45,780 nucleotides of DNA from an uncultured Ectothiorhodospiraceae bacterium (GTDB lineage Bacteria > Pseudomonadota > Gammaproteobacteria > GRL18): assembly GCA_964391585.1 (NCBI GenBank), contig CAYMMQ010000001.1, positions 1-45,780 on the forward strand. The letters are read 5' to 3'. This document shows, piece by piece, positions 32,238-40,539 of this stretch. How positions within the stretch are numbered: the stretch's first letter is position 1; every line of letters starts with the position of its first letter. The notes under the pieces were generated by a model. The model was not told the DNA's origin, made no database searches, and saw only the letters and a program-made list of their open reading frames with translations. The position numbers and the translations under genes are program-made.

Positions 32238-33738
32238 ACTAGGGATCTTTGTGACAACAAAAAACTTAGATAATAACTTAACAAATAATATAATTAACAG
32301 CAATCACAAAAACGAACGCCGCTCATCTGCTAGGCAGAGTGGGCTGGTAAGTAATAAACCGGCTATTTGGCTTATTGCTATTCTCATACCTTTTTTATTA
32401 TTTTACTTTTTACAAAAAGTAGGTATAGAACGCAATACAGCAATTTTTTCTGCAATTGTAAGCATTACCATTATCATGTGGATAAGCTCCTTATTACCTG
32501 AATTTATTCCCGCATTAATTGCATTATTACTGATCTTATTGTTTGGTTTGGCGCCCAACGATATTGTCTTATCAGGGTTTTCTTCTCCAGGATTTTTACT
32601 ATTATTTAGTGTAATGGGTTTAGGTGTTGTTATCACCAGTTCAGGCTTAACAAGGCGCTATACTTTATGGTTAATTAAAAGTATTCCTGAAAACCTACTA
32701 GCAAACCAAGTTGGTATTTTTTTAACCGGTCTTTTTGTTAACCCAATTGTTCCGACCATTAATGGTCGAGCAATGATAGTTGCTCCTATTTTAAAAAATA
32801 TTGTTTCTGGTTGGTCTGATAAAGATAAAAACAAATCTGCTACCCCTTTATACACTACCGCCTTAGATGGTATTAATTATTTATCTCCTGTTTTTCTAAC
32901 AGCAGCACCTGCAAACCTGATGCTATATGGTCTACTACCACCTCAGGAGCAACAAGCATTTGAGTTTATGTTTTGGATTTATGCCGCATCAATCGTTGGC
33001 CTGGTCATGTTTTTCCTGTATTTTTTAACAAGTGTAATTTTTTTTAGCTCTTTCACCCAAATCAAAATCAATAAAGAAGAAATCAAAAAAGAATATTCCC
33101 AACTTGGAAAACTCTCTTGGAGTGAATGGGTTGCTATTTCTAGTATTATTTTAATCGCAATTGGCATGACTACAACATCTTTACACAAAATACCTATTTC
33201 TCTAATTACTTTTGCTATTTTATGTTCAGCACTGATTATGGGTGTTTTAACAAGGGAGCAATTTACCAAAGACATTGATTGGTCTTTTTTAATGTTACTC
33301 GCCAGCATGGTGGGCACTTTAGAAACCATGAATCACTTAGGTATTGATCAAAGCTTAATTGAACAATTTAATTGGTTAGGCGAATATATGCGAAATGACT
33401 TTGCACTTTTTGTATTATTTTTAACCATCTCAATATTAATTGTCAGGATTTTCATTCCTCTTAACCCTGCTATTTTAATTTTTGCAGCGGCCTTACTTCC
33501 AATATCCTCTGGGGCGGGAGTGAGCGCATGGGTGATCGGTTTTATCATTTTACTCATGTGTGGAACTGCTTTTTTTGGTTATCAATCCCCTTATATTTTA
33601 TATTTTCGTCACTTATTAAATAACGAAGTACCTTATATTGATAGAAAGTTCCAAGTATTTCAGCTTATTTTAGTTTTGGTTAAACTTGCTGCCATTTATA
33701 TTTCTATTCCATTTTGGGTGCATATAGGTATCTTATGA
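32203..33738 (+). CDS. Ion-transporter-superfamily anion permease (DASS/SLC13-like), copy 1
   Basis: 511 aa with at least 10 hydrophobic segments. GLTRRYTLWLI plus VPTINGRAMIVAPIL in the N-terminal half, and IPLNPAILIFAAALLPI in the C-terminal half, resemble the paired re-entrant-hairpin (SNT-type) motifs of DASS permeases. It is paralogous to 40536-41960. The start is uncertain: TTG 32203, ATG 32215, or GTG 32251, which is preceded by an AGGGA SD. Confidence 0.7.
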   Translation: MHYEMKRFLLLKLGIFVTTKNLDNNLTNNIINSNHKNERRSSARQSGLVSNKPAIWLIAILIPFLLFYFLQKVGIERNTAIFSAIVSITIIMWISSLLPEFIPALIALLLILLFGLAPNDIVLSGFSSPGFLLLFSVMGLGVVITSSGLTRRYTLWLIKSIPENLLANQVGIFLTGLFVNPIVPTINGRAMIVAPILKNIVSGWSDKDKNKSATPLYTTALDGINYLSPVFLTAAPANLMLYGLLPPQEQQAFEFMFWIYAASIVGLVMFFLYFLTSVIFFSSFTQIKINKEEIKKEYSQLGKLSWSEWVAISSIILIAIGMTTTSLHKIPISLITFAILCSALIMGVLTREQFTKDIDWSFLMLLASMVGTLETMNHLGIDQSLIEQFNWLGEYMRNDFALFVLFLTISILIVRIFIPLNPAILIFAAALLPISSGAGVSAWVIGFIILLMCGTAFFGYQSPYILYFRHLLNNEVPYIDRKFQVFQLILVLVKLAAIYISIPFWVHIGIL

Positions 33739-34778
33739 GTAAACAATTTCTTAGTAAAATGCTTAGCTTGGTATTTTTATTATCCATTTTTATCCCTGCT
33801 ATTTACATGAACTTGTCAAAACCTCGAGTAATGATAGTACAAAGTTATCACCCCGATTATGCTTGGACTCGGGAAACTGATATAGGTTTAAAGCGTGTTG
33901 TTGATTCTTGGACTGACTATAGCGTAACTTGGCATTATATGGATACGAAGCGAATCAACGGAAAAGAGTGGTTGGACCGTTCAGGCCTTATAACTAAACG
34001 AGCAATTGATCAAACAGATCCTAATGTGTTAATTGCTGTTGATGACTTTGCCCAAGACTTAGTGGCAAAACATTATGTCAATAGCTCAAAAATGAATATT
34101 GTTTTTGCAGGAGTCAATGGTAGTGTAGATGCTTATAACTATAATAATGCCAAAAATGTCACTGGAATCTTTGAGCACAAACTATTGGTTCCGATTCAAG
34201 AAGTGATTTTAACCATAGAACAAAAAAAATCGTTACCTAAATTGAATCCAAAGCTTTTATATCTTATGGATCCTTCTGATTCATTAAAGCAAGGACGTGT
34301 GTCAATTGATAACTTTGCTTGGGCACCTATTCAATACTTTGGATCAATTATCGCAAATGATTTTGAACATTGGCAAAAATTGGTTTTAAGTATAGGCAAA
34401 AAAGTAGATTATATTATCGTTTCAAATTATCGAAAATTGCCTCGAAATAAAGAACAGCAAGTGTTTGTTAACCCACATGAAGTGATGCAATGGACTGAAG
34501 CACATTCTCCTGTTCCTGTTATTGGAATTAATTCATTTAATGTTGAAGATGGCGCTATGATTTCGGTAGGTGCATCTCCTTATGAGCAAGGTGAAGTTGC
34601 TGCTAAAATGGCCAATAAAATTATTAAAGAAAATATTAGCGCCAATCAAATTCCTTTTCAACAAAATAAAATGTATATTATAGCCTTACGCAAAGAGGCC
34701 TTATTAAAACGCCACATCCAATTACCTTCTATTTATGAAGCCTTTGGACGAGCAACTGAAAATTTTATTGAAAACTAA
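33735..34778 (+). CDS. Membrane-anchored periplasmic-binding-fold protein (ABC_sub_bind/PF04392-like), copy 1
   Basis: It has an N-terminal signal anchor (MSKQFLSKMLSLVFLLSIFIPAIY). The blocks KPRVMIVQSYHPDYAWT, NVLIAVDD, NIVFAGVN and AKNVTGIFE are typical of the PF04392-type binding or sensor fold. The ATG at 33735 overlaps the permease TGA (ATGA). The track offers TTG 33714 as a longer alternative. Confidence 0.6.
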   Translation: MSKQFLSKMLSLVFLLSIFIPAIYMNLSKPRVMIVQSYHPDYAWTRETDIGLKRVVDSWTDYSVTWHYMDTKRINGKEWLDRSGLITKRAIDQTDPNVLIAVDDFAQDLVAKHYVNSSKMNIVFAGVNGSVDAYNYNNAKNVTGIFEHKLLVPIQEVILTIEQKKSLPKLNPKLLYLMDPSDSLKQGRVSIDNFAWAPIQYFGSIIANDFEHWQKLVLSIGKKVDYIIVSNYRKLPRNKEQQVFVNPHEVMQWTEAHSPVPVIGINSFNVEDGAMISVGASPYEQGEVAAKMANKIIKENISANQIPFQQNKMYIIALRKEALLKRHIQLPSIYEAFGRATENFIEN

Positions 34779-35037
34779 GAAATTATACAGTGAAGCTTTT
34801 TATTATTCGCCGTTTTGCAATATCGTATAACAAACAACAACTCCAAATAAGCTACTGCATAAGCTTTCATCACTAGCCCTGAACCGTTAAATCTTTATTT
34901 TGATCTGAACGCATGTAATATTAATCTTATCAAGTGCAGTTGCAACAAATAAAGTTTCCACCAAAACTAAAAAGAAGGATTCATTATTACAAAATGATAA
35001 CAAAATTAATTCTCACAATGGATATAACTTTTTAAGT

Positions 35038-36639
35038 CTAAGGTAAAGAAGTCAAGATTTTTAAGTTAATACCCTCGTCTAATGCCTGAGTCGAAGACAA
35101 TAACAAGCCAACTTCAAATCTTGAGTTTGCAATAGCATTGATCAAGCCACTCAATGCATTAAAATATACCACAGCAGCAGCATCCAAACGATCCTGCAAG
35201 GTTAACAAACTATTAATTTCTCTTAAATCATCAATGCTCTGACCGCTAACTAAAGCCATCATAGAGCTTACATAAGATTTTAACGATTTATCCGCTTCAA
35301 ATGCTTTATTCCGACTTGTCATTAAAACATTAACGTCATTGTGAACACTTAACTTTAGCTGTCTTATGGTTTCATTTAATTGTAAACTTGCCATTTCTTT
35401 AGCTGCAAAACTCGAGCTATAAGCTCCTTTAGCGGTACTATTGCTTAATGGATAATTTAAGACTAAGGCTCCTGAAAAGGCTGGCGTTCTAACCCGGTAA
35501 GAAGCCGATTGCCACATATCATGAAGACTATTACCATAACTAAAACCGTCTGTGCCGTAACTAAAAGAAAGATTCAAACTGGGATTAAGGTTATTTTTTT
35601 CTCTTGCTAATAGTATTTGTGCTGCGTCTAACCTGATTTTAAGAGCCTGTATATCATTGCGGTTTTGCAATGCCATATTTGTCCAACTATCTGTTAATGT
35701 TACCGCATCTAAATTTTTCAGTTCTTCTCTCCAATTTTTTGGAAACCCTTCTACATTAGGCTTTCCTAATGTTTCTATCGCAGTTGCTTGTATTCCCATT
35801 GCGCTTGCTAAAGCTATTGCTGATGCTTGCAGCACTTTTTCAGACTCAATCAAGCTACTCTGTTTTTCTGCTCGATAACCCGCTAACAAATGGTTATCTG
35901 AATGATTTGATTTTCTGTGCCAAGTATCAATAGTTCGCTTAGATTCAGCAAGGTAAGCATTAATAGAATAAGCTGCCACATAATCCCAATAGCGATTTAC
36001 AGTTGTTAAAACCGTTTGCGACACCAAGTGTTTATAATCAGCTTCTGTAGCCCTAGACTCAAGAATAGCAGCATTTTCTGCAGCACCTGAAGACACCTTG
36101 CCAGAACCTTTTAACAAAGGGATGTCAACTTTGAAGTTAAGTTGAGTTGAATTAGTTGTTGGGATTGCAGCACCCATCGGGTCAGGAACTGGGTGATCAT
36201 ACTGAGTCATTAAATAGGATAAGCTAGTAGAAATTCCATTACGGAATTTTTTAGTAATCGAGGTACTAAGTGAATGAACATCTTGATCAAGATAGGTTCT
36301 AGGCTCGCTACCAACTATAGGCAAACCTAACTCGTAGGGGGACTTAGTTATCAAGGCTGAGTTAGTTTGGGCCATAAAGGATAAGTTAACATCAAAAGCA
36401 CCTGCTTGTGACTTTTCAACTGCCTTAGAAAAATCAACCGATAATTGTTTCAATTTAATGTTTAGCGAGTCCTGTAAGGTAGACTTAACTGCACTATAAA
36501 GATTAAGCTGTATTTCCTGTTGTTGAACTCCTTGTTGTTGTTCATTGGCATATAAAATATTAGTAAAGAGAAGTAATAATAGCAAGATTTTAGCTGGCAG
36601 AAATTTATTTTTAAATTTCAAACTTCTAAAAAAAGTCAT
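35038..36639 (-). CDS. TolC-family outer-membrane efflux protein
   Basis: 533 aa with a signal peptide (…LLLLLLFTNILYA). The start LNLYSAVKSTLQDSLNIKL... is typical of OEP repeats, and there are two long helical/beta repeat halves. The ATG overlaps the upstream stop (TAATG). Confidence 0.8.
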   Translation of the reverse strand: MTFFRSLKFKNKFLPAKILLLLLLFTNILYANEQQQGVQQQEIQLNLYSAVKSTLQDSLNIKLKQLSVDFSKAVEKSQAGAFDVNLSFMAQTNSALITKSPYELGLPIVGSEPRTYLDQDVHSLSTSITKKFRNGISTSLSYLMTQYDHPVPDPMGAAIPTTNSTQLNFKVDIPLLKGSGKVSSGAAENAAILESRATEADYKHLVSQTVLTTVNRYWDYVAAYSINAYLAESKRTIDTWHRKSNHSDNHLLAGYRAEKQSSLIESEKVLQASAIALASAMGIQATAIETLGKPNVEGFPKNWREELKNLDAVTLTDSWTNMALQNRNDIQALKIRLDAAQILLAREKNNLNPSLNLSFSYGTDGFSYGNSLHDMWQSASYRVRTPAFSGALVLNYPLSNSTAKGAYSSSFAAKEMASLQLNETIRQLKLSVHNDVNVLMTSRNKAFEADKSLKSYVSSMMALVSGQSIDDLREINSLLTLQDRLDAAAVVYFNALSGLINAIANSRFEVGLLLSSTQALDEGINLKILTSLP

Positions 36640-36812
36640 TAATCCTTCCCCTTTTTAATTTCTGATACAATAACTAATAAAATACCGACTATTGGCGTTA
36701 GTAAAATGGAGGCGAAAAAATACCCCCAAAAACCCATTTTCCGGTGTCGACCCAAATAACCAACGATTAAGCTAGCTAAAATAGAGGTAATAATTAAACC
36801 AACAATTAACAT
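36639..36812 (-). CDS. Mini membrane protein (57 aa, two TM helices)
   Basis: The sequence is MLIVGLIITSILASLIVGYLGRHRKMGFWGYFFASILLTPIVGILLVIVSEIKKGKD. I chose ATG 36812 because of the AAGGAAG SD upstream; the track's TTG 36842 would add 10 aa. The stop overlaps the TolC-like start. Confidence 0.55.
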   Translation of the reverse strand: MLIVGLIITSILASLIVGYLGRHRKMGFWGYFFASILLTPIVGILLVIVSEIKKGKD

Positions 36813-36909
36813 ATCTCTTCCTTTTTCATACTTTATTCCCAATTATTTTTAACTTAAGGTAATAGGTACAGTTTAAGTGAATTATATTCTAGCTCAATAC
36901 ACTAATAAA

Positions 36910-38442
36910 TTATAGTTTAGACTCTTCCAGTGATTTAAACTTACCTTGCTGTAACACTTTGAAAATGATTTTGTTATTTTTTAATTCACCTCGTATATTA
37001 AACTGGTATTGCCCATTGACTCCAGTCCAGTCTGTAATATGGCGCATATTTGAGGCCAAATCCCTAGGCGAGCTGGAACCAACAAGGTAAACACTGTATG
37101 CTATTAAATTGACTGCATCAAACGCTAGAGTTGCTTCCAAGTCTGGCTGAACTCCATATTTCTCTTGATATAACTGGAAAAATAATTTGCTATTTTTTAA
37201 TTTTGTTGTCGGATTAAATACCGAAGGAATGGTCAAGCCACTAGTTTCAACGTTAAGAGAGGAATTAATTAAACTTTCTGACTCCAATGCTCGAGTACCT
37301 ATAAACTTAAAAGAATACCCCATTAGTTGAGCCTGTGTCATTATTTTTGCCACAAGCTTTGTCCAATCGGTGACTAAATATATCGCATCAACTTTCTTAC
37401 TTGCCATTTCAGAAATTATCTCTGAAAAATCACTCCTTTTTTGGAAAAAACGCTTAGTGTATGCCACATTAACCCTCTGTTTGACAGCGTTTTCCAAAAA
37501 CATTCTACCCAGTTCATCAGAAGCATCGCTCTCGCCAATTAAAACAGCGACATTTTGAAAGGATTGTTTAGCAAAGAATTTCACAGATTCCTGAGCGATA
37601 ACTTCATTATTTGGTAATAACCTGAATCCTAGTTGCATATTTTGACGTAATAGATTAACTCTAGAATCTGTAGCTATAAAGTGCATTATACCAACTTGTT
37701 CATATAATTGAGAAAATAACTTATTATTTGGACTTTGCTGGCCATCAACTGCTGCAACTACCGACTTCATATTGCGAATTTCATTTGACAGTTTCAAGAA
37801 TGAAATATTATTGTTCTCAGCTGTTTTCAAAATAACCCGTATTTTTCTTACTTTAGATATGCTTTTTTTATTGATCAGTTCAGCTGCTAACTGAGCCCCA
37901 TTGTAAAAAGTAGAATCATCATCAATATTTTTTATAACCACTATATCTAGGTATGACTTCTTATACAAAAAAATAGTATCTTGATACCACTTCTTTTTAA
38001 GGTCAATTCCTAAGAATAATAATGTCTGATGTAATACAGAGTTGTTACGGTAATTTAACAACCCACTATACCAGCTATTTTGTTCATAATTATTTTGACA
38101 ATAATTGACGATATTTTTATGCCTTTTACAAAGTTGTTTACTCGTTAAATAATATTTTTGGCTTAAAAACGCCTTACACGTTAATTTTTTTTCTGGGAAA
38201 AATTGACATTCATTATCGGTTTCTAAAAAGGCATCACACTTAACATTATTAACTTCGAAAGAATCACTTAATGCATACATTCGACAAGATGAATTCTTAT
38301 CTTGCTGAGCTAAATATTCAAACCTTGATTTTGACAATTGCTCAGAGCTTTCACCACAGCCAACTAATAGCAAAAACATGCAAATTACAATAATATAGAG
38401 TCTACCAAACGAAGTAGGGAATATTTGAATATTACTTAGCAT
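36910..38442 (-). CDS. Lipoprotein with a Cys-rich N-terminal region and a type-1 periplasmic binding domain (LivK/Peripla_BP_6-like)
   Basis: 510 aa with lipobox LLVGC (Cys29). Six Cys fall between aa 53 and 115. The C-terminal ~330 aa carry PBP1-like blocks (VAVLIGESDASDELGRMF, VDAIYLVTDW, LAFDAVNLIAYS, TGVNGQYQFN.RGE). The ATG overlaps the SPFH stop (TAATG). Confidence 0.7.
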   Translation of the reverse strand: MLSNIQIFPTSFGRLYIIVICMFLLLVGCGESSEQLSKSRFEYLAQQDKNSSCRMYALSDSFEVNNVKCDAFLETDNECQFFPEKKLTCKAFLSQKYYLTSKQLCKRHKNIVNYCQNNYEQNSWYSGLLNYRNNSVLHQTLLFLGIDLKKKWYQDTIFLYKKSYLDIVVIKNIDDDSTFYNGAQLAAELINKKSISKVRKIRVILKTAENNNISFLKLSNEIRNMKSVVAAVDGQQSPNNKLFSQLYEQVGIMHFIATDSRVNLLRQNMQLGFRLLPNNEVIAQESVKFFAKQSFQNVAVLIGESDASDELGRMFLENAVKQRVNVAYTKRFFQKRSDFSEIISEMASKKVDAIYLVTDWTKLVAKIMTQAQLMGYSFKFIGTRALESESLINSSLNVETSGLTIPSVFNPTTKLKNSKLFFQLYQEKYGVQPDLEATLAFDAVNLIAYSVYLVGSSSPRDLASNMRHITDWTGVNGQYQFNIRGELKNNKIIFKVLQQGKFKSLEESKL

Positions 38443-39305
38443 TACTGATTCCCAAGAATAATAGGCAATCCGCCTTCCCCAGAACCAATAACAACTACTT
38501 TAGCATTTTCAGATGTGGATAGCTCCAAAGTTGCTTTAACCCCCTGCCACTTGATTATTTTATCCGTCAGTGTAGTAGAAACAATTCCTTGAAATTCCTT
38601 TATGCCCTTTGCTTCAATTATTTTTCTGTTAGCTTCTTGTTGAGCTACTTGTAGAATGATATTATATTTTTTAAGCTTTTCCTGCTCCACCAGTTTAGCT
38701 TCAATTGCATCTTTGAGTAGTTGGGGTAATTCTATGCTTCGGATAATAATATCTTTAACCACAACATAATTTTGACTACTTTCTTCAATAGCCATATTCA
38801 ATATATTGGTCAGCACCCCATCTTTATTAGTATAAATATCTTCTGCCTCTAACTCCCCAGCTTTAATCCTTATTACTGACTCTATTTGAGGCAATAAAAT
38901 TTTTAGATATTCTGGCCCTATTCGCTGGTGTAAAAAACCCAGCATTTGATACTCAGGATGATATCTGATAGCAAGCTTTAAGGTTATTGGCAATCCTTTA
39001 TTTGTTAAAACCACCATTTCATGTTTAATGGTTTGAATTCTCACGGTATAAATATACATAGTATTCCAAGGCAATACAAAATGTAACTTTTCAGGGTAGA
39101 CATAATCTACTTCTGTGCCTTTTTCTGGACCTAAACTAAAACGCCGGTATAAAACACCCGCTTCGCCTGAAGCAATCGTAACGAACATATCTCTGGCGAA
39201 GAACACAACTATCAATAATAAGATTAAGATAGTAACAACAAGGAAAGGAAGTTTGGCTTTAACCCAGCCCTTAAAGCGCTTAGTCATTGGTAATTTTTTA
39301 GACAT
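38442..39305 (-). CDS. SPFH/band-7 (prohibitin/HflC-like) membrane protein
   Basis: 287 aa with an N-terminal TM (LPFLVVTILILLLIVVFFA). The SPFH core reads IASGEAGVLYRRF...FVLPWNTMYIYTVRIQT...LKLAIRYHP, followed by a C-terminal coiled-coil-like EAKLVEQEKL...QQEANRKIIEAKG. Confidence 0.8.
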   Translation of the reverse strand: MSKKLPMTKRFKGWVKAKLPFLVVTILILLLIVVFFARDMFVTIASGEAGVLYRRFSLGPEKGTEVDYVYPEKLHFVLPWNTMYIYTVRIQTIKHEMVVLTNKGLPITLKLAIRYHPEYQMLGFLHQRIGPEYLKILLPQIESVIRIKAGELEAEDIYTNKDGVLTNILNMAIEESSQNYVVVKDIIIRSIELPQLLKDAIEAKLVEQEKLKKYNIILQVAQQEANRKIIEAKGIKEFQGIVSTTLTDKIIKWQGVKATLELSTSENAKVVVIGSGEGGLPIILGNQ

Positions 39306-39465
39306 TTAGTTTATTAAGAATCCATTAAATTTAAAATTTATTAACAAATAAAATCATTCATACTGTCTTATCTAGCCCTATAACGCCTACAAGATTTATA
39401 AATTATCGATTATTTAGTAACAGCAATATTTACCATCTATTTTTGCTAGCTATAAAAGCTTAAAA

Positions 39466-40539
39466 TCAATCTTTATAATGCACTTTAAGTTGACTAGATG
39501 ACTCATGTAAATTAGGTAAATTAATCTTTCGCTTCTTAAGGATAGCCGGATCAGAATATAAAACATATCGACCATTGGCTTTCATTGCAATCTGTTTTGC
39601 AGGAATTTTTTGAGTTATAATTTGCTCTGCCATATTCGCAGCAACTTCTCCCTGCTCAATCCCAGACGTTCCAATTGACAACATTGCCCCATCCTTTACA
39701 TTAAACCCATTAATTCCAATAACTGGAACAGGTGAGTTTGCTTCTGTCCAACTCATCACATCATCTGGGGCAGCGAACCAATGTGCAATACTAGAAACAG
39801 GGAGTGCCCGATAATTAGAAACCATAATATAATCGGTTAGGTGACTATTTTCCATAACAATTTTTTTCCACATAGTCAAATCTTTAGCTTCAATCGAGCC
39901 GATATAATCTATTGGTTCCCATTGATAACTATCAATAACAACACGTTCACCTAGCAAGCTTGAAGGATCCAGTATGTACAATAATCGCGGAGCTGGTTCA
40001 TTCTCATTTCCCTCCTTGTTTATAGCGTTTTTCTTACTATTAAATTTTTTGCTTTCTATTTGTTGAATAATTTCTTTAACCCCATCCAATTGTTTATATT
40101 CAAAAATGCCTGTGACATTTTTTGCGCCAATATAACCATATTGATCAGCCGATGAATTAATTCCCGCAAAAACAATATTCATATTAGGATCATCTACAAA
40201 ATATTTGCCAACATACTTTTGAGCATTATCATCTATAGCTATCAATACATCAGGGCGTAATTGTTTAATCGCCTGCCTTGCCATTAAACCTGAATCTTCT
40301 GACATGATAGGAGATGAAAATCTTTTGGTATCCATATAGTACCAACTAACAGCAATATTTTGCCAATTATCAATCACTCGATGTAAACCTTTATTTACTT
40401 CTTGAGTCCATAAATACTCAGGATTATAACTATGTACAATCATCACTCTTGGTTTATGTGCGCGAAATACTACTGCAGAGATAATCAAACCAATCAAAAT
40501 TACCACCCCTAACCAAGAAGCTGTTTTTATTTGCCTCAT
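39466..40539 (-). CDS. Membrane-anchored periplasmic-binding-fold protein (PF04392-like), copy 2
   Basis: Roughly 50% identical by eye to 33735-34778 (KPRVMIVHSYNPEYLWT, DVLIAIDD, NIVFAGIN, AKNVTGIFE, SPVPVIGINGFNVKDGAM, EQGEVAANMA). The ATG at 40539 forms an ATGA overlap with the permease stop. TTG 40560 is the longer alternative. Confidence 0.6.
   Translation of the reverse strand: MRQIKTASWLGVVILIGLIISAVVFRAHKPRVMIVHSYNPEYLWTQEVNKGLHRVIDNWQNIAVSWYYMDTKRFSSPIMSEDSGLMARQAIKQLRPDVLIAIDDNAQKYVGKYFVDDPNMNIVFAGINSSADQYGYIGAKNVTGIFEYKQLDGVKEIIQQIESKKFNSKKNAINKEGNENEPAPRLLYILDPSSLLGERVVIDSYQWEPIDYIGSIEAKDLTMWKKIVMENSHLTDYIMVSNYRALPVSSIAHWFAAPDDVMSWTEANSPVPVIGINGFNVKDGAMLSIGTSGIEQGEVAANMAEQIITQKIPAKQIAMKANGRYVLYSDPAILKKRKINLPNLHESSSQLKVHYKD

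Noticed and set aside
32403-33557. Minus-strand ORFs inside permease copy 1 (32403-32636, 32658-32855, 32979-33329, 33348-33557)
   Set aside because: They are antisense to a coherent polytopic membrane protein that has a paralogue in the window. Hydrophobic-gene antisense frames commonly stay open in AT-rich DNA.
39115-39309. Plus-strand 64-aa ORF overlapping the SPFH gene start, and similar ORFs at 35657-35878, 37370-37558 and 41089-41328
   Set aside because: They are antisense to well-supported genes and have no independent signals.
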